A DNA stretch of 11,310 bases. It comes from Candidatus Eiseniibacteriota bacterium. Its GTDB lineage: Bacteria > Eisenbacteria > RBG-16-71-46. The position numbers and the translations under genes are program-made. Shown one piece after another: positions 1 through 7,880 of this stretch (position 1 is its first letter; the number at the start of each line of letters is the position of its first letter). The notes beneath the pieces were generated by a model that was not told where the DNA came from, made no database searches, and worked only from the letters and a program-made list of their open reading frames with translations. The stretch spans positions 1 through 11,310 of the forward strand of contig JANLOX010000068.1 in NCBI GenBank assembly GCA_031366795.1, in the 5' to 3' direction.

Positions 1-212
1 TACGCCGGCGTCTTGCTCGAGCAACCGATGCCCGACAGCTTGGCGACGCGATGCGGTTCCAGGTTCGACTCGTAGGCCGCCTGGATGATGCCCGCCGTGA
101 TGGCGTTATGCCCGCATCCCGGGCACAGCGTCGTCTTGGCGCCATCGTAGTCGGCCTTGCTGAGTCCCAGCCGGTTGCGCGCTCCGGGCGGGACGACGGG
201 AGTTTCGGTCAT
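1..212 (-). CDS. korB: 2-oxoacid:ferredoxin oxidoreductase subunit beta (KorB/PorB-like, TPP-binding), 5' part only; runs off the window edge
   Basis: Not in the ORF track. Manual translation from ATG at 212: MTETPVVPPGARNRLGLSKADYDGAKTTLCPGCGHNAITAGIIQAAYESNLEPHRVAKLSGIGCSSKTPA(Y). Contains the OFOR-beta motifs CPGCGH and SGIGCS. GAGGAG SD at 224-219, 6 nt before the ATG. Substrate (2-oxoglutarate vs other 2-oxoacids) cannot be determined here. Confidence 0.93.
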   Translation of the reverse strand, partial: MTETPVVPPGARNRLGLSKADYDGAKTTLCPGCGHNAITAGIIQAAYESNLEPHRVAKLSGIGCSSKTPA

Positions 213-257
213 GGGCTGCTCCTCGCGATGCGGGCACTGGACATCATGGCTGTGGGG

Positions 258-287
258 AGATTGGCGGCTAAGGCGCCCAGTCGTCAA
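258..287 (-). promoter_or_regulatory. Possible internal sigma70-type promoter for the OFOR beta gene
   Basis: Minus strand TTGACG (287-282), 18-nt spacer, CAATCT (263-258), in the 98-nt gap upstream of the beta gene. The -10 match is weak. Confidence 0.35.
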
Positions 288-301
288 CCACTGGTGACGA
301 C
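280..301. repeat. Inverted repeat/hairpin GTCGTCA-N8-TGACGAC (possible operator or RNA hairpin)
   Basis: gtcgtca (280-286) and tgacgac (295-301), with inner cca/tgg complementarity. It lies just after the serine hydrolase stop and overlaps the putative -35. No U-tract follows. Confidence 0.4.
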
Positions 302-310
302 CCTTCGTGA

Positions 311-1666
311 CTACCGGCTGCGCTGCTCGCGCCGCCCAATGGTCGCTCCATCGGGGTGAAACTCGAGCGCTTGGACCGCTCCTGAGTGCCCCACGATGAC
401 GCGGAAATAGTCGATGCGGTCATTCGGGCAGTACAGGATATCGCGACCGTCGAACACAAGCTCCCGTTCGGGGCCTTGGTCGCGCCGCACGAACAATCGG
501 TGGCCACGCACCGACACGGTGCGCACTGAGGCGGGCCCGGCGCGATAGGTGCCCGCCAGACTCGCGACCGGCGCATCGTGCGACACGTTGCCGAACTGTC
601 GGTACGGACGGCCGATGGCGATGGCGCCGAGCCGGTGGGCGAGCGAACGGGTGTTGATCACTCCCGCATCGGAATTCGTGAGCACAATCACCGTGACGTC
701 CTGGTCCGGGAAGAACGTCAATTGGGACGAGAACCCATCGATCATTCCATTGTGTTCGATCACCGGCTGGTCACGAACCATCCCCAACATCACGCCGAGC
801 CCATAAGGAAACATCTGCCCGTCCGCGGACTTGCGAGCCGCGGTCATCAGGCGAACCAACGTATCGGGGAGCAGTTTCCCGTGAGTCAGGGCGCGCTCGA
901 ACAGGAACAGGTCGTCCACCGTCGAGGACAATGCGCCGGCGGGACCAGGACCCGTCAGGCTTGCGAAAGCGGCGCGAATCGTGGTGCCGCTCGAGTCGGC
1001 GCTGTAACCCGCGACGCTCCCACTCACGAGCGTTTGGTCCCCGTGATAACCAGTGTGGGTCATGGCGAGCGGCACCAGCACCTGATCCGCGATGGCGTCG
1101 TACCACGACCGCCCGGACACCGTTTCGATGACGGAGCCGAGCAGCATGTAGCCCGAGTTGCTGTATCGCCACTCCGTTCCCGGCGCGAACTCGAGCGGCT
1201 GTTGCTGGATGATCCGCACGAGTTCCGCGCTCGTGACGGCGCGGGCGGGGTCCGACTCCCAGTTGTCGCTGATGCCCGCGGTGTGGCTGAGCAACTGGGC
1301 GATCGTGATCTTGTTGGCGTCGGGATACTCCGGCATGTACCGCGACAGGCGGTCCTCGGGCGACAGCAGACCCTTCGAGGCGAGCTTGAGGACAGTCGCC
1401 GAGGTGAGCATCTTGGTGATCGATCCGATGCGGAAGATGTGGGCAGGCTCCACGAGGACGCCGAGTTCGATCTCGGCACGTCCTCGCGCCGCGCGGAAGA
1501 CGACGCGATCGCCCTGCGCGACCAACACCGCGGCTCCGGGGCCGCCCGGGTCGATGGCCGCGACGAGCAGGGACTCTGCGGCACTCGCAACTATTCGCTC
1601 GGCGGGCAGGGCCTTGGGAGCAGCCGTCGTGACGGCGGCCAGCAGCCCGAGCAGTGCCAGGATCAT
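311..1666 (-). CDS. Secreted serine hydrolase, beta-lactamase class C/AmpC-like (peptidase S12) family, with an extra C-terminal domain
   Basis: Motifs F.IGSITK (SxxK), LLSHTAG, F.PG..W.YSN (YxN) and EHNG. Likely start is the ATG at 1666 (MILALLGLLAAVTTAAPKA, signal-peptide-like), which overlaps the upstream stop as ATGA. The ORF-track extension to 1819 overlaps the methyltransferase. Confidence 0.9.
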   Translation of the reverse strand: MILALLGLLAAVTTAAPKALPAERIVASAAESLLVAAIDPGGPGAAVLVAQGDRVVFRAARGRAEIELGVLVEPAHIFRIGSITKMLTSATVLKLASKGLLSPEDRLSRYMPEYPDANKITIAQLLSHTAGISDNWESDPARAVTSAELVRIIQQQPLEFAPGTEWRYSNSGYMLLGSVIETVSGRSWYDAIADQVLVPLAMTHTGYHGDQTLVSGSVAGYSADSSGTTIRAAFASLTGPGPAGALSSTVDDLFLFERALTHGKLLPDTLVRLMTAARKSADGQMFPYGLGVMLGMVRDQPVIEHNGMIDGFSSQLTFFPDQDVTVIVLTNSDAGVINTRSLAHRLGAIAIGRPYRQFGNVSHDAPVASLAGTYRAGPASVRTVSVRGHRLFVRRDQGPERELVFDGRDILYCPNDRIDYFRVIVGHSGAVQALEFHPDGATIGRREQRSR

Positions 1667-2550
1667 GCTGGTGATGAGGCGGTTCCCGCCCGCTCCAGCA
1701 TCACATTCCCCGCCATGCGGCTGGCACGTTGGCGGCGCTCGGGCGATTGGAACGAGAACATCAGGTCGAAAAACCACGCGCCGGGCATGCGACGGTTGAG
1801 GCGCTTGGAGTCGGCCCACATGGAACGGAATTCACGCTCCCGCCAACCGTAGGGCGCAAAGAATCGCATGCTGTCCGCGGGGGCGAACAGGAACGGCGAG
1901 TTCGGGCCGCCCGGGCCGTTGCCGCGCGACCTGCTGATGCGCGCAAGGATTTGCGGTGAGAGCAGGTCGAACATCCACCAGCGGAAGGCAGGCTGCGCGG
2001 CGAGGTCGATCGCGAGTGCGGCGACCGCCTCGGGCTGCAAGTAGATGATCAACCCTTCGCTGATCACAAGCGTCGCGCGACTTCCCGCACCGATTTCGCC
2101 GAACAGCGCACGCCGTGCGGCTTCCTCGCGCAGGTCCGCGGCCCGTGTCTCGTAGCGGCACTGGGGCAACTCGGCCGCCATCGCCTGCTGCTTGTAGCCG
2201 AGCATCTCGGGCAGGTCGACGTCGATCCAGCGCAGCGTTGCGGGCAGCGGCAACCGCCACGGCCGCGCGTCGAGCCCGGCGGCGAGATTGAGCACCGTGT
2301 CGACGCCATCGTTGTTCACCGCGTTCAGCACGAACTCGTCGAACACGCAGGTCCGCACCACGATGGGCCACGATCTCCCGCGCCCGAACTCGCGTGTGCT
2401 CGCGATCCGCTCGCCGCGCTCGCCCGAGAGTCGCCGCGCGAAGGGGTCGTGGAACAACGCATCGGGCCGCTCGGACTCGAGCGCGCGGTACATCGCCACC
2501 CAGATCGCGGTGTCGGAGACGTTGCGGATCAACTCATCGGCTGGCGACAC
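1663..2550 (-). CDS. Class I SAM-dependent methyltransferase, LCM / ML2640 / TcmP-like family
   Basis: Motifs VSDTA.WVA..RA.ES.RPDALF.DPFA, RT..FD, VLNLAAGLDARP.RL, DVDLP, ADL and ISEGL..YL. The GTG start is 2 nt after the HEAT-protein stop. Confidence 0.92.
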   Translation of the reverse strand: MSPADELIRNVSDTAIWVAMYRALESERPDALFHDPFARRLSGERGERIASTREFGRGRSWPIVVRTCVFDEFVLNAVNNDGVDTVLNLAAGLDARPWRLPLPATLRWIDVDLPEMLGYKQQAMAAELPQCRYETRAADLREEAARRALFGEIGAGSRATLVISEGLIIYLQPEAVAALAIDLAAQPAFRWWMFDLLSPQILARISRSRGNGPGGPNSPFLFAPADSMRFFAPYGWREREFRSMWADSKRLNRRMPGAWFFDLMFSFQSPERRQRASRMAGNVMLERAGTASSPA

Positions 2551-2552
2551 GG

Positions 2553-3428
2553 CTACTCGGTCTCCCGCAACCTCGCGATGACCTCATCCATCTCCGCTTG
2601 CTGGCCCTTGCCGAATTGCGCTCCATCGCGCGTGCGAGCCTTTTCCAGCAGTGGCAGCAATGAAACATCGCCCATCAAGTCCGCCGCCTCGAACACCCAA
2701 TCGCCTTCCAGCGGCCGGCCGAGCTCCCGGGCTAGCTTTTCGGTCACACGCGGGTCCTCGCGTTGCGCCAGCGCGATCAGTGCTTCGCCGCGAACCTCGG
2801 CGTCATCGTCGTCGGTGCGTGCCAGCAGGGCGTCGCGAACTTCAGGCGAGTCGAGCTCCGCATGCCCACTGGTGAACGCGAACGTCGCCCAGTCCCGCAC
2901 GGAAGTGGTCGGGTCGCGCATGAGCTGCAGCAGCGTGTCGACGGCGGCCGCCCCGTCCTGGTTCCCCAGCGCATGCGCGAGCGCCTCGCGGTCCTCAGCG
3001 TCAGTACTCGCGGCGAACGCCAGCAGGCGCGGAATCGCGGCGGGCCACTTGCGGATGCTGAATCCGTAAATCGCGCCGCGGGCGACGGCCGGCGTTGCGT
3101 CGTCGAGCATCTCCACCAGTCGCTCGCCGACCTCCTGCTCGAATGCTGGACTGGCGAACCCCAAGCGGGCCAGCGCAAACGCCGCCACCTCACGCTCGGC
3201 GGGCACGAACGAGCGGGACAGCGGCAGCAGCAACTCGAGCTCCGCCGCTCCGCCGCGCGCGGCGATCACCCACAGTTCATGAGTGCCGTCGTCTTCATCT
3301 TCGTCGTCCTCCTCGATTGGCCGCGACCACAGCGCGAGCGAGCGGGCGATGAGTTCTTCATTGGGGCGCGGATCCGCTGCCCACTTGCGACGTGTGGCCT
3401 CTACCGGGAATTCGTCCTGGTCATCCAT
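2553..3428 (-). CDS. HEAT-repeat (PBS-lyase-like) domain protein
   Basis: Repeated helical units: ER..AA.AL..LG, DREALAHALG, DP..SVRDWATFA and DDD.EVRGEAL.ALA. Acidic N-terminal stretch (EEDDEDEDD). GAGG SD upstream of the ATG at 3428. Confidence 0.85.
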   Translation of the reverse strand: MDDQDEFPVEATRRKWAADPRPNEELIARSLALWSRPIEEDDEDEDDGTHELWVIAARGGAAELELLLPLSRSFVPAEREVAAFALARLGFASPAFEQEVGERLVEMLDDATPAVARGAIYGFSIRKWPAAIPRLLAFAASTDAEDREALAHALGNQDGAAAVDTLLQLMRDPTTSVRDWATFAFTSGHAELDSPEVRDALLARTDDDDAEVRGEALIALAQREDPRVTEKLARELGRPLEGDWVFEAADLMGDVSLLPLLEKARTRDGAQFGKGQQAEMDEVIARLRETE

Positions 3429-3471
3429 TCGATTGCCTCATATGACTCGGGTGCATCCGTGCGATGGGGTT

Positions 3472-4575
3472 TTAGACCGCGAACTTGAACAGCATCACGT
3501 CGCCGTCGGCGACCATGTATTCTTTGCCTTCCATCCGGTACAGACCCTTGGCGCGCGCCGCGGCCACCGAGCCGCAGTCGATCAGGTCCTTGTAAGCGAC
3601 GGTTTCGGCCTTGATGAAGCCGCGCTCGAAGTCGGAGTGGATCACGCCCGCGGCCTGCGGGGCCGTGTCGCCCAGGTGAATCGTCCAGGCGCGCACTTCC
3701 TTCTCCCCCGCCGTGAAATACGTCTGCAACCCGAGCAGGTGGTAAACGGAACGGATCAGCGCCCCGATGCCGCTCTCCTGCACACCGAGATCACGCAGGA
3801 ACTCCGCCGCGTCCTCGGGCGAGAGATCCACGAGGTCGCTCTCGATCTGCGCGCTGATCACCACGACCTCGCAGGCGAGGTGGGTGTTGACGTAGTCGCG
3901 CACCTTCATCACGTGCGGGTTGGTGTCCGCCGTCGCCAGGTCACTCTCGCGAACGTTGCAGGCAAAGATCGTGCGTTTATCGGTAAGCAGGAAGAACGGG
4001 GCCGCGATCAGCTTTTCGTCCGCGCTCAAGTCGGCGAGCAACGCCGGCTTGCCCACCGCCAGCAGCGCTTCGAACTTGGCGAGCACTTCATCATTTGCGG
4101 CGGCGGTCTTGTCGCCGCGCTTCACGTCCTTTGCCAGGCGCTCGCGGCGCTTCAACACCGACTCGAGATCGGCGAGCATCAACTCGGTGTTGATCACTTC
4201 GATGTCGCGCACAGGGTCGACATCGCCTGAGACATGATGGATGTCGGCGTCCTCGAAGCAGCGCACCACCTGCACGATGGCGTCGACTTCACGGATGTGC
4301 GTGAGGAACTTATTGCCCAGGCCTTCGCCCTGGCTGGCGCCCTTGACGAGTCCGGCGATGTCGACGAACTCGATCGCGGCGGGGATCACCACGTTGGTCT
4401 TGGCGATCTTCTGCAACTCGAACAGCCGCGCATCCGGCACCGTGACGATCCCTATGTTGGGGTCGATCGTGCAAAACGGGTAATTCGCGGCTTCGGCCTT
4501 ACGCGTGCGCGTGACCGCATTGAACAAGGTGGATTTCCCGACGTTGGGAAGACCGACAATTCCGGCTCGGAGCAT
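3472..4575 (-). CDS. ychF: Redox-regulated, ribosome-binding ATPase YchF (Obg family)
   Basis: [16 protein letters not shown] (P-loop), [30 protein letters not shown], an altered G4 motif (NVRE) and the C-terminal TGS domain [13 protein letters not shown]...GKEY.V.DGDV..F.F. 367 aa. Confidence 0.98.
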   Translation of the reverse strand: MLRAGIVGLPNVGKSTLFNAVTRTRKAEAANYPFCTIDPNIGIVTVPDARLFELQKIAKTNVVIPAAIEFVDIAGLVKGASQGEGLGNKFLTHIREVDAIVQVVRCFEDADIHHVSGDVDPVRDIEVINTELMLADLESVLKRRERLAKDVKRGDKTAAANDEVLAKFEALLAVGKPALLADLSADEKLIAAPFFLLTDKRTIFACNVRESDLATADTNPHVMKVRDYVNTHLACEVVVISAQIESDLVDLSPEDAAEFLRDLGVQESGIGALIRSVYHLLGLQTYFTAGEKEVRAWTIHLGDTAPQAAGVIHSDFERGFIKAETVAYKDLIDCGSVAAARAKGLYRMEGKEYMVADGDVMLFKFAV

Positions 4576-4642
4576 GGGAGTCCATCGTTTGGGAACAGAA
4601 AGGAATGCGGGCAGGAAGCGCCGGCGTGGTTCGGCGGTGATG

Positions 4643-5452
4643 TTACAGCAGAAGGCCCTTCATCACCGTCACCGCATTGCCGCCCAGCATGACGCGGTCG
4701 CCCTCGACCCGCACGTGCACGATGCCACCGCGGGCGGAGATTTGGTGGCCGGTCATCTCGTTGCGGCCCAGCTTGGCCGCCCAGTAGGGCGCGAGCGCGC
4801 AGTGCGCGGAGCCCGTGACCGGGTCCTCGGCCACACCCGAGCCGGGCGCGAAGAAGCGTGACACGAAGTCGATGCCTTTGTCGGCATTGGCAGGGCGGCT
4901 CGTCAGTATCACGCCGCGCACCTTGATCGCGCCGAGCTTGCCGTGATCGGGACGCGCGTTGCGCACGTCGCTTTCCTCCGCGACCTCGACGAAGTAGTCG
5001 AACGCGTTGCGGCCAATGAACGCCGGCTTCACGCCGAGCGCCTCAACCAATCCGGGCACCGGCTCCGATTTCTCCACGGCCTTGGCGGGGAAGTCGAGTT
5101 CGATACCGCCGCTGCGTCGCGTCGCCGTCAGCACTCCGCTCTTCGTGTGGAAGCGTGCCGCAACCTTCGGGCCCAGGGTGGCGCTCTCCCACAACACGTG
5201 CGCGCTCGCCAGTGTGGCGTGGCCGCACAGGTCGACTTCGACGGTGGGCGTGAACCAGCGCAGGTCGAAGCCGTCGCCCGCGTGCGGCGAGACGAATGCG
5301 GTCTCCGACAAGTTCATCTCGGCCGCGATCGACTGCATCCATTCCGCCTCGCGCGGGGCGTCGAGCAGGCATACCCCGGCGGGATTCCCCGCGAACGGAC
5401 GATCGGCGAAGGCGTCGACGGTGTAGATGGGTACGCTCAGCGTGGCAGTCAT
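4643..5452 (-). CDS. PhzF-family isomerase/epimerase (YddE-like)
   Basis: Motifs VDAF....F.GNPAGV, EMNLSETAF, LRWFTP..EVDLCGHATLA and EDPVTGSAHC. Start placed at ATG 5452 because AGGAG (5465-5461) lies 8 nt upstream. Confidence 0.95.
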   Translation of the reverse strand: MTATLSVPIYTVDAFADRPFAGNPAGVCLLDAPREAEWMQSIAAEMNLSETAFVSPHAGDGFDLRWFTPTVEVDLCGHATLASAHVLWESATLGPKVAARFHTKSGVLTATRRSGGIELDFPAKAVEKSEPVPGLVEALGVKPAFIGRNAFDYFVEVAEESDVRNARPDHGKLGAIKVRGVILTSRPANADKGIDFVSRFFAPGSGVAEDPVTGSAHCALAPYWAAKLGRNEMTGHQISARGGIVHVRVEGDRVMLGGNAVTVMKGLLL

Positions 5453-5503
5453 GGGAGACACTCCTGGCCCAGGCCGTTCTCGCGCCCGCGCAAATTTCGG
5501 TGG

Positions 5504-7315
5504 TTAGCGGACGCTGGTGGCGGCTGCGGCGCTTCCTTCCTGGTGCAACACCCCACTGGTGACACTCGCGGCATCGAGCGGCAGCCCGTGGTAGTGCAAC
5601 ACGGAGCGAATCTTCGCCGCCATCTGCGGAAATTCGGCTTTCAGCAGGGTGGCCATCTGGCCATCGCGATTCTGTTCGACGACGTAGATGCGCGGATACT
5701 GCTCGAGGAACGGTTTCACCTGTGGGCTGAACGGCAGGGCCTTGAGCAACAGGTAACCCGTCGGCGTGCCGCCCGCGCGCAAGGCATCACGTGCCTCGAT
5801 CATCGCCCAGTGACTTGAGCCATACGCGAGCAGGCCGATCGCAGCACCCGCGTCCGCTTCGATCACCGGCGGTGGGACCAGGGTGCGCGCCGTGGCGAAC
5901 TTGGTCTCGAGCCGGTCGAGCACGCGCTGGTAGGCGTGCGGTTCCTCGGTGTAGCGGGCACCCTCGTCGTGGCCGGAACCTCGCGTGAAGAACGCGCTCT
6001 TCCAGTCCTTGTTGCCGGGCAGCGTGCGGTAGGGAATACCGTCGCCATCGACATCGCGATAGCGTTCGAATTTCGGCATCGACTTCAGGTCTTCCTCGGT
6101 GAGCACCTTGCCGCGGTCCCAAGGCTTGTCGGGATAGGGGAAGGGGTCGCTCATCCAGTTGTTCATGCCGATGTCGAGGTCCGACAGCACGAACACCGGC
6201 GTCTGGAGCCGCTCGGCGAGGTCGAAGGCCTGCATCCCGAAATCGTAGCAATCGCGCACCGAGCTCGGCAGCAGCACCGGGTGGTGCGTGTCGCCGTGCG
6301 ACAGGTTGTAGACGAACTGGATGTCGCCCTGCGCCGTGCGCGTGGGAAGGCCCGTGCTTGGCCCCACGCGCTGCACGTCCCAGATCACCGCGGGGATTTC
6401 AGTGTAGTACGCATAGCCCGTGAACTCCGACATCAATGAAATCCCCGGGCCCGAAGTCGAGGTCATCGCGCGCGCGCCCGCCCACGAGGCGCCGATCACC
6501 ATGCCGATGGCGGCGATCTCATCCTCCGCCTGCACCACGGCAAACGTCGCCTTGCCCGTCGCGGGATCCATGCGATAGCGCTCGAGATAGCCTATCAGCG
6601 ACTCGATCAGGCTCGTCGAAGGCGTGATCGGGTACCACGTCACCGCGGTGACGCCGCCGAACAGGGCGCCCAGGGCACCCGCGGCATTGCCGTCGATCAG
6701 GATCTTGCCGGCCGTCTTGTTCATGCGCTCGAGCTTGTAGGGATCGGTCTTGGTCAGGTTCGCGGCCGCCCACTCAATCCCCGCGCGCACGGCCTGCTGG
6801 TTGAGCGCGAGCGCCTTGGGCTTGCGTCCCAGCTGCGCATCGAGCACGCGATCGAGTTCCACTTCCTCGATCCCCAGCAACTGCGCGACCACGCCGACGT
6901 AGATCATGTTGATCACGAGGCGCTTGAGCTTCACGTCGGTGGTGACCGCCTCGACAAGCTTGCGCATCGGCACCGCGTAGACGATCCGGTCTGCCGGCAC
7001 ATTCGCGAGCGGGATCTGGTCGCTGACGATAATCACACGGCCCGGTCCCGACGCGGCCACATCCTGCGCCGCCGTCTCGGGATTCATGATTACGGTAATG
7101 TCGTGGTCCGCGCGGCGCGCGAGGTAGCCGTCCTTGTTGACGCGGATGGTGAACCACGTCGGTAGACCTGCGATATTCGAGGGAAACAGGTTCTTTCCGC
7201 TGACGGGAATGCCCATCTGGAAGATGGCGCGCAGCAACACGGAGTTCGCGGTCTGGCTGCCGGAGCCATTGACCGTGGCGACATTGATGGTCAGGTCGTT
7301 GACGACGGAATTCAC
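5504..7315 (-). CDS. korA: 2-oxoacid:acceptor (ferredoxin) oxidoreductase subunit alpha, fused gamma-alpha type (KorA-like)
   Basis: N-terminal gamma-like domain (TVNGSGSQ..N...GKNLFPSNI.GLPTW), then GN.A.A.GA, WYPITPS, QAEDEIAA, TSTSGPG.SLM.E, DVQR.GPSTGLPT.T.Q.D and VVEQN..GQ. GTG start preceded by AGAGAGG. Confidence 0.95.
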   Translation of the reverse strand: MNSVVNDLTINVATVNGSGSQTANSVLLRAIFQMGIPVSGKNLFPSNIAGLPTWFTIRVNKDGYLARRADHDITVIMNPETAAQDVAASGPGRVIIVSDQIPLANVPADRIVYAVPMRKLVEAVTTDVKLKRLVINMIYVGVVAQLLGIEEVELDRVLDAQLGRKPKALALNQQAVRAGIEWAAANLTKTDPYKLERMNKTAGKILIDGNAAGALGALFGGVTAVTWYPITPSTSLIESLIGYLERYRMDPATGKATFAVVQAEDEIAAIGMVIGASWAGARAMTSTSGPGISLMSEFTGYAYYTEIPAVIWDVQRVGPSTGLPTRTAQGDIQFVYNLSHGDTHHPVLLPSSVRDCYDFGMQAFDLAERLQTPVFVLSDLDIGMNNWMSDPFPYPDKPWDRGKVLTEEDLKSMPKFERYRDVDGDGIPYRTLPGNKDWKSAFFTRGSGHDEGARYTEEPHAYQRVLDRLETKFATARTLVPPPVIEADAGAAIGLLAYGSSHWAMIEARDALRAGGTPTGYLLLKALPFSPQVKPFLEQYPRIYVVEQNRDGQMATLLKAEFPQMAAKIRSVLHYHGLPLDAASVTSGVLHQEGSAAAATSVR

Positions 7316-7396
7316 GGTGCCTCTCTGGAGTGGTCACGCCTGAAAGGGGACCTGCGGCCGCGCGGGGCGGTCTGGATCGACGGGTGCGAGACCCGG

Positions 7397-7425
7397 ACGG
7401 TACGGCGCACGCCGCGAGGGGTCAA
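7397..7425 (-). promoter_or_regulatory. Sigma70-type promoter for the OFOR-alpha-led operon
   Basis: Minus strand TTGACC (7425-7420), 17-nt spacer, TACCGT (7402-7397), about 80 nt upstream of the GTG at 7315. Confidence 0.65.
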
Positions 7426-7691
7426 GGGTTCAGCGCCGCGGAAATGGATGCGCGTTGTTGCCCGTCAGCCTCTCGCGTGTCGCCCTCAAGGGGCACCGCG
7501 TTACGCGGGCGGTCATCATCCGAGCGCGCGTTGGGGACGGCGGACACGGCGGTCAGGGGTCGCTTGAAAGCTCCGGAAACAGCGCACAGGGTGTCGTGAG
7601 AAGGTCGCGCGCTCCGATGGCCACCCTTCGCGGAGCAAGCTCCCTGAACAGGCGCATTCCAGCAGGCGGGGGCCTTTCGTGAAGTCTGCGA

Positions 7692-7869
7692 TGCGTGAGG
7701 AATCGGGGCTAACCCTTCGCTCGGGTGGGCCGACACAGATAAGCCCGGCAGTCACCCGGACGAGTGGAAAGCACTCGCCCACGTGGTGCCTGTGGAGCCA
7801 CTCGAGAAGGGAGCGCCGGCGCCGGAGACGCGGTGGGCCGGGGCCGATTCCTCCTGCGGCAACGAGGAG
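7692..7869 (+). ncRNA. Candidate structured cis-regulatory leader RNA (unassigned) upstream of the ion-channel/terC cassette
   Basis: Nested pairings found by eye: 7697-7706/7844-7853 (10 bp perfect), 7713-7728/7798-7811, 7734-7738/7790-7794, 7747-7755/7783-7790, and apical hairpin CGAGTG-GAAAG-CACTCG (7761-7777). An alternative hairpin 7851-7855/7865-7869 hides a GAGGAG SD. No Rfam family recognised. Confidence 0.35.
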
Positions 7870-7880
7870 CCACACGACAG

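Noticed and set aside
1667..1819. N-terminal extension of the serine hydrolase in the ORF track
   Set aside because: It overlaps the methyltransferase C-terminus. ATG 1666 gives a signal peptide and an ATGA coupling.
578..1852. 424-aa plus-strand ORF, and similar long antisense ORFs at 2763-3488, 3283-4230, 4943-5818 and 9634-10458
   Set aside because: Antisense shadows of well-supported high-GC genes with no recognisable motifs. Only the short 10240-10296 part of the last one carries real (transposase) homology.
4643..5452. Phenazine biosynthesis cluster
   Set aside because: A lone PhzF-family gene with no phzA/B/D/E/G. The family is widespread outside phenazine producers.
7505..7680. tRNA-like words (GGTCAGGGGT, AAGGTCGCG...GGCCACC) and a terminator-like half CAGGCGGGGGCCTTTCGT suggesting an att site
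   Set aside because: No GTTCRA T-loop, no cloverleaf, and no complementary arm for the terminator. Too weak to call a tRNA remnant or island boundary.
7795..7832. GCCACT...GAAGG...GCCGGAGAC resembling the 3' half of a cobalamin riboswitch
   Set aside because: No matching 5' core or B12 box, and the downstream genes are unrelated to cobalamin.
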